DNA from: an uncultured Gemmataceae bacterium
Lineage (GTDB): Bacteria > Planctomycetota > Planctomycetia > Gemmatales > Gemmataceae
Length of the DNA: 64,000 bases
Direction of reading: 5' to 3'
Assembly: GCA_963750165.1 (NCBI GenBank)
Contig: CAVVPN010000011.1
Location: forward strand, 416,001 to 480,000
The position numbers and the translations under genes were made by a program. Of the stretch, positions 9,664 to 21,291 are shown one piece after another (within the stretch, counting starts at the first letter, position 1; each line of letters starts with the position of its first letter). A model generated the notes under the pieces. The model saw nothing but the letters and a program-made list of their open reading frames with translations, was not told the DNA's origin and ran no database searches.

Positions 9664-10986
9664 ATGAACCGCGCTCGCACCGATCTCTCGCGCCGGACGT
9701 TCCTGCAAGGCGTCGGCGTCAGCATGGCGCTGCCCTGGCTCGAATCGCTGCCGGTCTGGGGCCAGACCGGGAGCCAGGCCGCCGCGACGTCGCCGGTGCG
9801 TCTGGCGGTGCTGTTCGCCGGCAACGGCTTCCACAGTGGCGAGTGGTGGGCCCGCGGCGACGGCCGCACGATGGAACTGGGTCGGGTACTGGCGCCGCTG
9901 CTGCCGCACCGCGAGAAGCTCACCTTCCTGCGCGGCCTGCGCAACCCGGTGGGCGGCCCCGGCATCCACAGCTCGCAGACTGGCAATCTCCTCACCGGCA
10001 CCACCCTCGGGGCCGGCGGCAACGTCCGCTCCGGCGTCAGCTTCGACCAGGTCGTCGCCCGGCGCGTCGGCGCGCAGACGCGCGTCCCCAGCCTGGTGCT
10101 CGGCTGCGAGCCGCCCATCGCCGCGCTGCACAACGGCTACTCGATGCTTTACAGCTCGCACATCTCCTGGAGTTCGCCGACGACGGCAGTGCCGCTGGAA
10201 CTGTACCCCGCGCTGGCCTTCGACCGCCTGTTCCGTGAAGAGGGCGGCCGCACCGACCGCAGCGTCCTCGACGCGGTGCTCGAGGACGCCCGCGGTTTGC
10301 AGGCCCAGGTCAGCACGCGGGATCGGCAGCGCGTCGAGGAGTACCTGTCCTCGGTCCGCGAGGTGGAGCAGCGCATCACGCAGGCGGGCCGGCAGGGCCG
10401 CTTGCAGGGTTGGCGGCCCACACTGGCGCGGCCCAACGTGCCGCGCCCCGCCGACGGCATCCCGCAGGACATCGACCAGCACATGCGACTCATGTGCGAC
10501 ATCCTCGTGATCGCCTTCCAGACCGACACGACGCGGGTCTGCACGCTGAAGCTGAACAACGATCACTCGTCGCTGCGCTTCCCGAATCTGCCGTCGGATC
10601 GGGCCGGCCAGCACATCGACTACATGATCCACCACTTGCTGTCGCACACCAACAACGGCGACTGGCTCCGCGTCAACCAGTTCTTCCTCGGCCAGCTCGC
10701 CTACATCGCCGACCGGCTCGACCGCATCCGCGAGGGCGAGCGCACCCTGCTGGACAACAGCCTGATCCTGCTGACCTCGAGCATGCTGCACGGCGGCCAC
10801 GACGCCAGCCAGCTGCCGGTGTTGCTGCTCGGCCGCGGCGGCGGCCGGCTGCGCGGCGGTCGCGTGCTCGACTACCTGCAGAGCCCCAACCGCAAGATGT
10901 GCAGCCTGTACCTCGCCCTGATGCGCATGGCCGGCGTCGAACTCGCCGAGTTCGGCGACTCGCGCGCGGCGCTCACGGGTCTGTGA
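9664..10986 (+). CDS. DUF1552 family protein (Tat signal)
   Basis: SRRTFLQGVGVSMALPWLES, SFDQVVA, HISWSSP; usual partner of DUF1592 genes. Confidence 0.9.
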   Translation: MNRARTDLSRRTFLQGVGVSMALPWLESLPVWGQTGSQAAATSPVRLAVLFAGNGFHSGEWWARGDGRTMELGRVLAPLLPHREKLTFLRGLRNPVGGPGIHSSQTGNLLTGTTLGAGGNVRSGVSFDQVVARRVGAQTRVPSLVLGCEPPIAALHNGYSMLYSSHISWSSPTTAVPLELYPALAFDRLFREEGGRTDRSVLDAVLEDARGLQAQVSTRDRQRVEEYLSSVREVEQRITQAGRQGRLQGWRPTLARPNVPRPADGIPQDIDQHMRLMCDILVIAFQTDTTRVCTLKLNNDHSSLRFPNLPSDRAGQHIDYMIHHLLSHTNNGDWLRVNQFFLGQLAYIADRLDRIREGERTLLDNSLILLTSSMLHGGHDASQLPVLLLGRGGGRLRGGRVLDYLQSPNRKMCSLYLALMRMAGVELAEFGDSRAALTGL

Positions 10987-11020
10987 GCAAGGGATGCGTT
11001 CAGGGCTACGAACCGGATGG

Positions 11021-11061
11021 CGCTTGCGGATTGGCGCTCCGCGCTAAGCCGCAAGCGGCAG
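11021..11061. repeat. Palindromic repeat, family GCCGCTTGCGGCTTAGCG
   Basis: CGCTTGCGGATTGGCG...CGCTAAGCCGCAAGCG between convergent genes; relatives at ~39180 and 61456. Confidence 0.7.
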
Positions 11062-11149
11062 AAAGCTGGGATGACGCGCCCCAACTTCTGGTCTGCCGCT
11101 TGGCGTTTTAGCGCGCTGCAACCCAGATTTCTGCGGCGAGGTCGTTCGC

Positions 11150-12790
11150 TCACTTGCGCTTTCGTTGGGTGATGACATTCGGCGTCCGCTGCGGGATGGA
11201 GAGCAAATCGTCGGCATAGTAAAGCAGGAAGCGATCCCCCAGCGCTGTTTCCAGCGTGTACCAGGCGTCATGCGAAATCGGGTTGCCGTGCAGCACCAGG
11301 TTGCAATCGTCCGGCAACGCCTCAAGGAACGCCAGCGCCCCGGCAGCCTTGATGCGATTGTGCCCCAGTTGCAGGATGCGCAGCCGCGGCAGAGCTGCTG
11401 CGGCCAGGGCCTTCGCCCCCTGGTTGGATAGCTGATTGGCGTGCAGAATCAGCAACCGGAGATCCTTGAAGTGGCCGGACCGGGCCAGGGCCATCGCGCC
11501 ACGGTCGTCAATCTGATTATCGCCCAGGTCCAGCCGCATCAAACGCTGGATGCTGGACGATCGGGCCAGGGCGGTGAGGCCGGTCGAGGTCACCGCGGTC
11601 GCCGTGAGCCGCAGGTCCAGCAGATTGCGGAAGGCGTCCGTTTCGGCCATCGCAATCAGGGGTTCGTCACCCAGGGCGTTGCGGCTCAAATCCAGGTGGA
11701 CGAGGCTGCCAAGCGTCCGCGGCTTCGCGAGTGCCGAGCCGCCTGTCGGACCAATCCCGCAGCGCAGCAACCCCAGATACTGGAGCCGGCCCAGGTGCGG
11801 AGATCGGCCCAGCGCCGCCGCGCCTGCGTCACCGATTCGCGCATTCCAAAAATGCAAGATTTCGAGGCGGTCCAGCTTCGCACAGTCTGCGAGCACTTCC
11901 GCCGCCGTCCCGGTGATCGGATTGTCACCGAGATCGAGGTGCTTCAGTCCTGCGATGCAGTCCGCGCGGCAAAATGACCTCACCCCCTCGTCGGTGATCG
12001 CTGTGCCGTAAAAGACGAGTTTTTCAAACCGGTGGGGGGAATCCGCCAGCGCACGCATTGCCTCGTCGCCCACGGTGCAGTGGTTGTGGCCGACCGTGAG
12101 ACAGCGCAGCCTGGGCAGTGAACGCGATTGCGTGACGGCCCGGAAGCCGGCCGGCCCGACGTTTGTCACGGACAGGTCCAGGTCTTGAAGATTGGTCAGG
12201 AAGGGCGATTCGGCCAGGGCGATGGCCCCCGCATCACCGAACCAGTTGTCCGACAAGTTGAGCGTCTCGACGTGCACCAGCGCCGGGCTCGCGGCCATGG
12301 TCTTGACGTGATCGTCGGCAAGCTGGAGCCCATTGAGGTTGTACTGTTTTACCCGCCCGGTCAGCGGGGAGTATAACCAATCGCACAACCGGTCCCGGAA
12401 TTCCTGCCAACCGAAGTCGATCGATTCAATCGGATAACGCTCCAGCAGTTCCTGGCCGTGTGACAACCAGTCGGAGAGGTCACAACGGAGGATCGACGGC
12501 ATCCCCCGGCGATAGCTCTGGTAACGTGCCGTGTCATGAACCTTTCGAGCCCAGGCGGGCAGGTCATCGTCCCAGCGCTCCGGGTCACGTTCAATGATCT
12601 GCTGCCAGCGCAGGTGTGCGCAGAAAACCCGAGCGTCCCACCAGGGCAACCGGTCCAGCGCGATTTGCGTCCGAATAAACTCGGCCCGGTCCGCGTCGCC
12701 GTGTTCTTCGAGCCAGTCGGCGTAAACCAGGCGGACGCGGTCATCCTGCGGGGAGGCACGGATCGCCTCCAGGAACGCCTCGTCGTCCAC
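11150..12790 (-). CDS. TIGR02996 domain + leucine-rich repeat protein
   Basis: AFLEAIRASPQDDRVRLVYADWLEEHGD...RAEFIR, then LxLxxNxIGDxGA repeats. Confidence 0.9.
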   Translation of the reverse strand: MDDEAFLEAIRASPQDDRVRLVYADWLEEHGDADRAEFIRTQIALDRLPWWDARVFCAHLRWQQIIERDPERWDDDLPAWARKVHDTARYQSYRRGMPSILRCDLSDWLSHGQELLERYPIESIDFGWQEFRDRLCDWLYSPLTGRVKQYNLNGLQLADDHVKTMAASPALVHVETLNLSDNWFGDAGAIALAESPFLTNLQDLDLSVTNVGPAGFRAVTQSRSLPRLRCLTVGHNHCTVGDEAMRALADSPHRFEKLVFYGTAITDEGVRSFCRADCIAGLKHLDLGDNPITGTAAEVLADCAKLDRLEILHFWNARIGDAGAAALGRSPHLGRLQYLGLLRCGIGPTGGSALAKPRTLGSLVHLDLSRNALGDEPLIAMAETDAFRNLLDLRLTATAVTSTGLTALARSSSIQRLMRLDLGDNQIDDRGAMALARSGHFKDLRLLILHANQLSNQGAKALAAAALPRLRILQLGHNRIKAAGALAFLEALPDDCNLVLHGNPISHDAWYTLETALGDRFLLYYADDLLSIPQRTPNVITQRKRK

Positions 12791-12858
12791 GGCTGCCCTC
12801 AATGAACAACGCGGCACCGGCTCGGTGCCGGCGCCGCGGGTTTGGGAAGAAGCCGCTC

Positions 12859-15243
12859 TCACAGCTTCACGTCGATCCGCGCCCAGTACAGCCGCTGGCG
12901 GTCGCCGGTTTGATAGACGTGCTCCAGCAGCAGCCCCAGGTTCGGCGTCACCTTACGCATCGCCGTGATGCGGTTGACATGCACCGTCACCTTGGTCTCG
13001 GCGCCCTTCTCGTTGTACGCCAGCATGCCCGGCCCCAACCAGATGGTCACATCCGGTACGCCCGTCGCGATCACGGAAATGGTGTTGTCCTTGCTGATGC
13101 TGCCGCGCAGCGTCGCCGGCGTCGTCGCCTGCTGCCAGACGCCCACGCCTGCCTGGTTCTGGCAGCGCGGGTCCGGCCCCGACGGCGTCGCCAGCCAGTA
13201 AAAGCGGTTGTCCGTCGGCCGCATCGTCTTGAACTCCTGTTCCCGGATGCCCACCTCTCGCGCCGGGTTTGCCCGTCGTTTGCGGCTCATCCAGTCCATC
13301 AGGTACTTCGGCTCGCCCTCGAACATTTCCATCGCCCGGCCCTTGTACTCCACGTGCAGCACTGGATAATTGCAGCGCACCCAGTCCTTCAGCAGCGCCT
13401 TGGTGAACTTGCCCGCCTCGCCGCTGCGCTCGCCGTTGACCACGTAGAACGGCAGGTACTGGGCGTTGGACCAGTAGCGGAACGCGAAATATTTGGGCGG
13501 CGCCGCCATCGGCATCACCCCCGCGAACTGATCCGGGTGCGACAGCCCCACGTCGAAAGCCATGCGGGCGCCCTCCTCGGAGCCGAACAGCAACACCCGA
13601 TCCGAGTCCACCGCGAAGCGCCGCCGCAGATCGCGCAGACAGTCCAGCACCGCCGCGTGCTCGCGCTCCGAGTAGGTGTAAAACTCGCGTTTGCCGAGCC
13701 ACGCCGGCGCCGCCAGGATGAAGCCGTACTTCGCCGCCAACTTTTCCCAGCGTTTCAGCGACTCCTTCGGCGTTTCCGCGGTGTTGTGCAGCACGATCAG
13801 CACCGGATACGTCCGGCCGACGTGGCGGTAGTCCGGCGGCAGCTGCACGAAATAGGGCTCGCGCAGGCCGCCGGCGCGCTCGGCCTCGACCTTGAACGGC
13901 TGCGGCTCGTCGAGCTTGTCGAACGGCTCCGGCGGCAGCAGCAGCAGCGCCCGCGCCGCCACGTCTGGCCGCAGGCCGAGCTTCTGCATCGCCACCAGCT
14001 TGTTATCCCGCGTCAGTTTGTCATCGGCCCGGAGGTAGTCCAGCAGCAGTTGCCGCGCCTGCCACAACTCGCGCGCCGCCGACACCTTTTCCTCGGCGGC
14101 GCCGTTGCCGAGCACCCAGCCGGTGACCGCCAGCGACAGCAGTTGCTCTGTCGATTGATACTTCGGCTTCTGCTTGTTCTTCAGCGCCAGATCGAACGCC
14201 GCCGCCTGACTCAGAAACACCTCCAGCCGGCCAACTGTGTCCTCGTTCAACTCGTCGATGATCTCCCGCCCGGCCTGCTTGAAGAACGCCTCGTTGACCT
14301 TGCGCGCCGGCAGCCGCCCCAGCTGATGTTTCGCCTGCGCGATCTGCCTGTCCAGTTCCTTGTATTTGGTCCTGATCTCCAGCACCTTGTTGATGGACTG
14401 GTCGCCGGCGTCGGCCTCCATTTTCTCCTCGGCGTAGCGCTTCAGCCCGGCCCGCACGACGCTGTGCTGCCCGAGCTTGGCCGCCTTTTCGAGGTCCTCA
14501 ATAAACTGCAACGTCCGGTATTTTTTCAGGGCGTCCTGTAATTCGCCCAGGCGAGTTTTCTCCTGACGAAAATCCTTCAGGGCGCCTTCCAACTCGCGCT
14601 CGGCGGCATCGGTCCAGCCAGCCTGCAGCAGGAAGCGGTACACGGTCATCGTCCGATCAAATTTCTTGTCGTACTTCTTTTGTGTGGCCAGGTATTCGTA
14701 GAGCAGCCGCCGCACCTTCTCCGGGCCGAGTTCGTCGGGCAGGTACGACGACTTCCAGTCATACTCGCGCGTGGCGACCTTGATGTACTCCGGCGAGAAC
14801 GAGTAGATGTATTGCTTCATGTCCAACTTACCGATCGAGGTCTTCAGGGAAATCTTGCGCTCCCAGTTGCTGGCCTGCCAGGGGAAGGCCTCCTCGATCT
14901 GCCACGAACTGGGCAATTCCATTGAGGGACGCCCCGGGGTCTTCCAGAAGCGTACCTGATCCTTGCGCTCAGGGGCTTTCACCAGGTCGTTGACCTGGCG
15001 GGGGCTGAAGATGATGTTGCGCACGGCGTCTTCCACGTGGTAGAAGCCGTTGGGCACCGAGATGCGGACCATGGTCTTCGACGCCGGATCGACAATGTAG
15101 GTGTTGTCGCGTCGCAACCGGCCCTCGACGATGAAGCCGTCCTTGAACTGGACGAGCTTGTAGTCGGATTGGGCCGCCGCCGGAGGCACAGACGCCAGGG
15201 CCGCCACAATGACGCACAGCAGAGCGGTAGACCGCGAACGCAT
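12859..15243 (-). CDS. Secreted protein with C-terminal alpha/beta-hydrolase (esterase/peptidase-like) domain
   Basis: Signal peptide; QLPPDY..YPVLIVLH, VDSDRVLLFG, HPDQFAGV. Confidence 0.75.
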   Translation of the reverse strand: MRSRSTALLCVIVAALASVPPAAAQSDYKLVQFKDGFIVEGRLRRDNTYIVDPASKTMVRISVPNGFYHVEDAVRNIIFSPRQVNDLVKAPERKDQVRFWKTPGRPSMELPSSWQIEEAFPWQASNWERKISLKTSIGKLDMKQYIYSFSPEYIKVATREYDWKSSYLPDELGPEKVRRLLYEYLATQKKYDKKFDRTMTVYRFLLQAGWTDAAERELEGALKDFRQEKTRLGELQDALKKYRTLQFIEDLEKAAKLGQHSVVRAGLKRYAEEKMEADAGDQSINKVLEIRTKYKELDRQIAQAKHQLGRLPARKVNEAFFKQAGREIIDELNEDTVGRLEVFLSQAAAFDLALKNKQKPKYQSTEQLLSLAVTGWVLGNGAAEEKVSAARELWQARQLLLDYLRADDKLTRDNKLVAMQKLGLRPDVAARALLLLPPEPFDKLDEPQPFKVEAERAGGLREPYFVQLPPDYRHVGRTYPVLIVLHNTAETPKESLKRWEKLAAKYGFILAAPAWLGKREFYTYSEREHAAVLDCLRDLRRRFAVDSDRVLLFGSEEGARMAFDVGLSHPDQFAGVMPMAAPPKYFAFRYWSNAQYLPFYVVNGERSGEAGKFTKALLKDWVRCNYPVLHVEYKGRAMEMFEGEPKYLMDWMSRKRRANPAREVGIREQEFKTMRPTDNRFYWLATPSGPDPRCQNQAGVGVWQQATTPATLRGSISKDNTISVIATGVPDVTIWLGPGMLAYNEKGAETKVTVHVNRITAMRKVTPNLGLLLEHVYQTGDRQRLYWARIDVKL

Positions 15244-15432
15244 GGCCAGGGCTCCTTTCGAGCGCGGGCAGCCTTGCACCAACCGGACAGGCTGCCGGCC
15301 TGAAACCTCCCCCGCGAAGTACGTTCTTTATTGTGACCGAATTGGCGCGGCAGTCAAGGAACAGTTGCGGCGCGGCGGCGGACGCGCCACAATAAGGGCA
15401 ACGGAGAGAAACCGACCCCGCGCGAGGCAACC

Positions 15433-15906
15433 ATGCCGATCCGGTTTCGCTGTGCCTATTGCAATCAGCTCATGGGCATCGCCCGTCGCAAGGCGGGCAA
15501 CGTCGTCCGCTGTCCCACGTGCGCCGGCCAGGTCATCGTGCCCACGCCGGGCGCGGCCGAGCCCGAGCCGCCGCCGCCGCCAGCGCCGCAGCCGGTCAAG
15601 GGTCCGTCCCTGTTCGAGCAGGGTGACTTCGACCGGGACGTGCTGAACAACCCAACGGCCGGCGCCCGGGCGCCGCGGCGCAACGGCCCCGGCAGTTCGC
15701 CGTCACATCCAGCACGGCCGTCGCGCAACGACGCCATCGATGTGGAACCGGTGAGCATGCCGCTGGCGATGGGCCGGGCGGCACAGGAGTCCGGACTGCA
15801 CCTCAGCACGGCCGCGGCGGTCGGGTTGGGCCTCGTGGTGGTGTTGCTGATGGGCCTGGCGTTCTTCGCGGGGTTGGTGCTCGGCAAAGCGGCCGGCGGC
15901 GCATGA
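15433..15906 (+). CDS. Zinc-ribbon membrane protein
   Basis: CAYC...CPTC N-terminus, Pro-rich linker, C-terminal TM helix. Confidence 0.8.
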   Translation: MPIRFRCAYCNQLMGIARRKAGNVVRCPTCAGQVIVPTPGAAEPEPPPPPAPQPVKGPSLFEQGDFDRDVLNNPTAGARAPRRNGPGSSPSHPARPSRNDAIDVEPVSMPLAMGRAAQESGLHLSTAAAVGLGLVVVLLMGLAFFAGLVLGKAAGGA

Positions 15907-16639
15907 AAAAGCCGGCGACGCTTTCGGTGGAAGTCGTCGCCGGCCACAGGAGGTTTTCATCTCAGGCCTTCACGCTCCGCGGCGCGGCCGGCGGTGACGC
16001 AGCGTGAACAGCAGTTGGTTCAGGGCGGGGGTGTCCAGGTCCGACCCCTGGAGGGCCGCCACCTGATGGTCGCCAAAGTACAGGGCCAACTCCCCGTCAT
16101 CGTGCGTCACCAACCACGGATCGCCGTTCAGCCGTGGGTCCAGCAGCGACAGCCGCTGGAGCCGAATCGGCCGCGGACGGGCGCCGCTCATGGGCTTGCG
16201 GCGCAGAATCCGCAGGTTGGAAGGGGGAGAGTTTACCATCGTCTGTACCCTGGTGGGTCTTTCCAGTTTCACTCTTTCCACTTATCAGCGAATTTAATGC
16301 CAATCCGTCTTCTCCAGGTTACTTGCGTCGCAAGTTTATGCGAAATAGCAGTTTCAGCGACAGGATGGCAACGGGGTCAGCGGAGCGAATGGGGCGCTGC
16401 GGTTGCGGTTTTTTCCAACAGGCTTGTGTGATTGTGCAACAAGCGTTTGCTGTGACCGGTTACGCGGGCAAATGGATCGAACGAGGGTGCATCTCCGAAG
16501 TAGGTGGGTAGGAAAAGGAGGGTGTGCCGCTGCTTGGCCGCCTGTCGAGCCGTTTGCACCTGCAAGCGATTCCAGCAGGGCGGCCAAGCAAGTGGCACAC
16601 GCAACTACACCTCTGCCTACCTGGAGGGGCGTGCCCACC

Positions 16640-17205
16640 GCATCACGCGGCCGACGGCCCTGCTCATCGACAAGTCCGGGTCAATGGACTCGGCCATTGA
16701 ACTGGGCAAGCGCATCGGCGCGCTGCTATCGGCGGTGTACGAGGAGCGGCTGTACGTTTACGTCTTCGACACGATCGCGTATCCGATCGAGGCGGCGGGT
16801 ACGGACCTGGCCGGCTGGGAGCGGGCGCTGGCGGGCGTGAAGGCGGGCGGCGGCACGTCGGTCGGCGTGGCGGTCGAGGCGCTGCGGCTGAAGCGGCATC
16901 ATGTCGAACAGCTGATCGTCGTCACGGACGAGGGCGAGAACACGCCGCCGCTCTTCGTGGACGCGCTGGCGAAATATCGTCGGGACGTGAAGACGGAGCC
17001 GAACCTGTGCATCGTGCGCACGCCCGGCGCGGGGCAGCAGCTGGAGGAGGCGTGCCGCAAGGCGGGCCTGGTGGTGGACACGTTCCAGTTCACCGGCGAC
17101 TACTACGCGCTGCCGAACCTGGTGCCGCTGCTGGCGCGGCCGTCGAAGCTGGAAATCCTGATGGAGATCATGGAGTATCCGCTGCCGACGCGCAAGACGT
17201 TGTAA
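16640..17205 (+). pseudogene. 5'-truncated VWA-domain gene remnant
   Basis: LLIDKSGSM (DxSxS), GGTS, VVTDEGEN MIDAS motifs; no credible start or RBS. Confidence 0.6.
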
Positions 17206-17854
17206 CCGTCCGGCTCACGTCCGCCTCCAGCAGGCAGCCGAACTCACGCGGGAAATCGACCGACACACGGGCATGGACCGCCCCCTGTCGGTCGAGGAAG
17301 CGCTGCCGGCCCTCCAGGGCGAAGACGCCCTCGTGCCAGATGTTCGGATGGATGTAAAGGCCCCGGGAGCCGTCGAACAGGAAGCAGACGAAATCCTCTG
17401 GCCGCACGTCGTCGCCCGGTCGGGCCAGCGGCACGGCAAACGGCCGCCGGTCGAGCGGGAAGAACAGCTGGCCGCCGTCGGGGTGATAGTTGGCGTGCCA
17501 GAGCAGCAGGCGCTGCGGGGTGCGAGAGTGTGCCTCGCTGGCCTGAGCCGGTTCGACCGCGTAGGCCAGGATGTAACGGCCGCCGACAGCCTCGTTGCTG
17601 CCGTAGAGCACGTCGCCTCGCCACTCGCTGACGAAGACGCCCTCGGTGGTGCCGCCCTCGTCGCCGCTGTCCGGATCGACCGGCCGCCAACCCTGCGCCG
17701 GCCAGCGCACGATCTCGACGCGGACGGCGTCCGGGCCGTCGATCAGGCAGCCAAAGCCCGCGAGCGCGGCCGGCGTCGCCTCGATCAGCGGCATCGCCAC
17801 GCGCCGCAGGCCCGGCGGCACATTCGGGTTCAGGTAGTCCGGTGCGTCGGCCAT
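17168..17854 (-). CDS. Ureidoglycolate lyase-like cupin protein
   Basis: NYHPDGGQLFFP, GLYIHPNIWH. Confidence 0.75.
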   Translation of the reverse strand: MADAPDYLNPNVPPGLRRVAMPLIEATPAALAGFGCLIDGPDAVRVEIVRWPAQGWRPVDPDSGDEGGTTEGVFVSEWRGDVLYGSNEAVGGRYILAYAVEPAQASEAHSRTPQRLLLWHANYHPDGGQLFFPLDRRPFAVPLARPGDDVRPEDFVCFLFDGSRGLYIHPNIWHEGVFALEGRQRFLDRQGAVHARVSVDFPREFGCLLEADVSRTVTTSCASAADTP

Positions 17855-17865
17855 ATCCACCTTCC

Positions 17866-19094
17866 TCACTCGCCGAAACGGAGCAACTCACCGCCACCTG
17901 CGCTCAGCCGGAACGCGACGGCGCCGTCGCGCACCTCCAGCGGCTGCCAGCGGCCCGCCTGGCGGTCGAAGCGGCTGACTGCGCCGGGCCGGGCCAGCTT
18001 CAGGGACACGTCCTGCGCCGCGTAGGCGTTGTGGTTCGCCAGGAACACAAGGTTCTGTTGCTTCGCGTTCTTGAACACGCCCAGGACGAACTCGCCTGAG
18101 AGCGGTTGCAGCCAAAAATCCTTGGGGAACGCCCGCCCCGCGAGGCCGCCGGGCGGATTGCCCTTTTCCCTGTCCGGCAGCGGGTCGTTGTTGCACGACT
18201 TCGTGATCGGCGTCGAGTAGATGGCCGTCGGCAGTCCCAGGGCGCCCAGTTCGCGGGCCAGCGGCAGGATTTCGCGATTGACTTTGATGATGTCGCGGCC
18301 GCGCTCCGTCCACTGCAAGGTTTTGGCGTCCATCAGGTCAGTGGCGAGGAACCAGAGAATCCCGCGGAGACCGCAGGCCAGGCCGGTGTTGGCGGAATAC
18401 AGGCCGCGGTTGAAATTGCCCTTGCCCGCCTGGCCCGACGTGGCCGACAGCCAGGTATAGTACACGGCGTTGCGCTCGCGCGCCCAGTTCCAGTACGCCA
18501 GCAGGTGCGGGAAGTGCTGGCCAACGCCGCGCTTCCAGTGGAAGTCGTAGTAGCCCAGCACGTCGGCGTTGGTCAGGTGGTTCATGCCGATGGTGCGATA
18601 GGTGCCGCTGTAGGCTGGGTGCGTTGGGTCCCACTGCCGCACCGTGTTCACGTCGCGCTTGCGCCCGGGCCGGTCTTGGCGAAGGTGTCGCTCCAGAGAT
18701 GGTAGCCCCAGACGGCCGTGTCGCCGCGCAACTTCGCACACACCGCCTGCGCCTTGTCGGCGCTCTTGTAGACGTGGTGCTGGTCCGCCAGCAGATCGAC
18801 CATCATCTTGACGCCGTGCTTGCGGCACAGCTCCAGACGCGGCGCGGTGCAGGTACACTGGATGGTATTGAAGCCGGCCGCCTTGATGGCACTCAGCAAT
18901 TTCTCGAACTGGGCGTCGTCTTGCGGCATCCGGTCGCCGCCGTAGCCGAAGGAAAAGACGATGGCCAGTTCCGCCGGCCGTGGGGCCCGCTGTTTCTCCA
19001 GCCTGGCCGGGTCCGGCTGCGCCTGCGCCGGCACGGCGGCGGCCAGAGTCAGCAGGAGCGCGTGGAGGATGTGCCGCACGAGTCGTGGGGGCAT
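17866..19094 (-). CDS. Secreted hypothetical protein, possibly glycoside-hydrolase-like (frameshift near 18665)
   Basis: Signal peptide; AGFNTI, VWGYHLWSD, GLRGILWF; two ORFs join. Confidence 0.6.
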
Positions 19095-19153
19095 CGTTTG
19101 TCCTTTCAAGACTGTGTGAGCGCTCATCCGAAAGCGCCCTGGATTTTCGCGGT

Positions 19154-19216
19154 TGGTCGGAGCCCGAGCGCAAGCGCGGGGCAGCGCTGCCCGCGCTGGC
19201 GCTCGGGCTCCGACCA
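19154..19216. repeat. REP-like repeat family GAGCCCGAGCG (copy 2)
   Basis: TGGTCGGAGCCCGAGCG...CGCTCGGGCTCCGACCA. Confidence 0.75.
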
Positions 19217-19224
19217 GAAACAAG

Positions 19225-20903
19225 TCAGCGCCGCCGGGCCCGCCACACCTGGCCCTCGGTCCGCTTCTCCCATACGGTCTGGCCCTGCCGATTGACCTCG
19301 ACCACGCGCTGGCCTGGCTGGCTGGAAATCAGCGTGTTGCCGTTGGGCAGGCGCGTAGCGTGGTACGCCCCGAGCAGTGCGTACTCCCAGACCGCCTTGC
19401 CCGCCGCGTCGTACTCCACGGCCCGGCCCGGCGACGCGTGCGCCACGAGAAAATGGCCGCCCGGCAGCCCCTCGACACTGGAATGGCCCTCGCCGCCGAC
19501 GTTGTGGGTGTGGACGGCCTTGCCAGTAGCGGTGTCCACCTCGTAAACGCTGCCGCGGCGCGTGACCACCAGGGCCCGGTTGCCGGCAAGTTTGTGGCCG
19601 CCGTAGATGCCGTGCCCCGGACTGACGCCGTTGGCCCGGAGGTCGTGGCGATAGAGCACCTTGCCGTCGCGGTTGACTTCCAGGATGCCGGTGTAGACGG
19701 TGATGAATGTGTTGCCGTTCGCCAGGCGCTGGCAGGTGACGGGCGGCTGGTCCAGGTTGAACTGCCGTAGCACCTTGCCCTGCAGGTCGCGTTCGGTGAC
19801 GCGGCGGCCGGTGTACTCGGCGATGAGCACGCGGTTGCCGGGAAGCACCTGGGCGTCAATGGGGCCCGCCAGGTTGGTGATTGCCCAGCGCACCTTGCCG
19901 TCGCGGCCGCACTCCCACACTTTGCGGGCGTGCATTTGCGCGAACACGGTCAACCCCAGCTGCTGCTGCCCTGGCCGCACGTTGGCGAGATTGACGCTGT
20001 CCCCGTGTTCGCGCCACCAGGTGTCCCAGGCGTTGCGCTGCTTCTTGCGGGCGGCAACGCTGCCGTCGCCGCCGCCGATGGTCGGCGCCGCGTCGCCGGC
20101 GATGCGCAGGAGCAGTTCCTCGGCCTGCCAGGCAAGTTCGGGCGGATTCGCGAGGAGTAGCTCGATGAGTGGCGGCACAGCCGCCGGGTCGCGGCCAGCG
20201 ACCAGCGCCTGGGCGGCGCGGAGGCGGACGCGCGGGTCATCGTCTTTCAGGAGCGGGCGGACGGTGGCGCGCACAGCCTTGTCCGCGTGGCGGCCCAGCA
20301 CAAAGGCGGCGCCGGCACGGCGGGCCGCCCGGGAATCCGCGAGCGCTTTCTTGAGCGCCGGATCGGCCGCGGTGTGCGGCGGGCAGAGGGCGACGAGCGC
20401 AGCCAGCACCTCGTCCTCGACGCGGTCGTCCTCGGCGAAGGGAAGATAGCGCAGCAGGACGACCGCGGCCCCGGCGGGGCGGAGGCGGCCCACGGCGCGG
20501 GCTGCCGCAGCGGGGAGGGCCGGTCCCGGTTCGACCTGGAGCGCGGCCGCGAGGTCGCCCGCGCCGGGCGAGGTCTGGGTCGGAGTGCTTGTCGCGTGTT
20601 TCCTTCAACAATGGCAGGGCGGCCGGGCCGCGCGCGAATGGCCCGGGCGGCACGGTCACGCACCGCGAACAACCGATGATTGAGTTTGGCGATGTGCTGG
20701 CGCAGCTCTTCCACGTCCTGGTCGGTGACAGTGCGCTGGCGAAAGAACTGGAGCAGGCCAGCCGCGTCGGGCTCGACCTGATGCTGACGCAGGAACTGCT
20801 CGTCCTGGCGGGCAGCCTCATCGCCGGCCGGGGACGCCGCCAGGGCAAGGCCGGGCAATAGCATCCCCAACACGAGAACCAGTCTTCCTCGTGACATCGA
20901 CAT
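19225..20903 (-). CDS. HEAT-repeat + beta-propeller secreted protein (frameshifted)
   Basis: Signal peptide, VRLRAAQAL HEAT repeats, LPNGNTLI/GKVVWE-type propeller repeats. Confidence 0.75.
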
Positions 20904-21291
20904 TCCTCTGGCAGGCCGGGCGAGACGTGCGCTGATTGTAGCAAGCCACACCAGCATTCGGCCAAAAAAACGCACGCCAAGGTGCAAAGCGAGCCTGCGT
21001 TTGAGAAGTGGTTCGCACCCAGGCAGATGCCGTTCCGGGGCCGGCGGAGAAAGAGCGGGAAACGGCCAACGTGGCGGGCGCTAATCAATCCGGCCGCGGT
21101 ATCTGGCTTCCTGGTAGGTCGCTTCCAGGTCGATAGCGCCGCCTTCGGAAGTCTGGCGACTTCCGCTACCCCTAACCGCTATCGCATAACGTCGAGTGGG
21201 GTCGTTACAAGCCGCCGGCTTCGCTCTTGATTCCGCTCGTTCTTCTCGCTATTGCCACGCCGACGGTGCATCATCCCAGGGAGGGGGTGCG

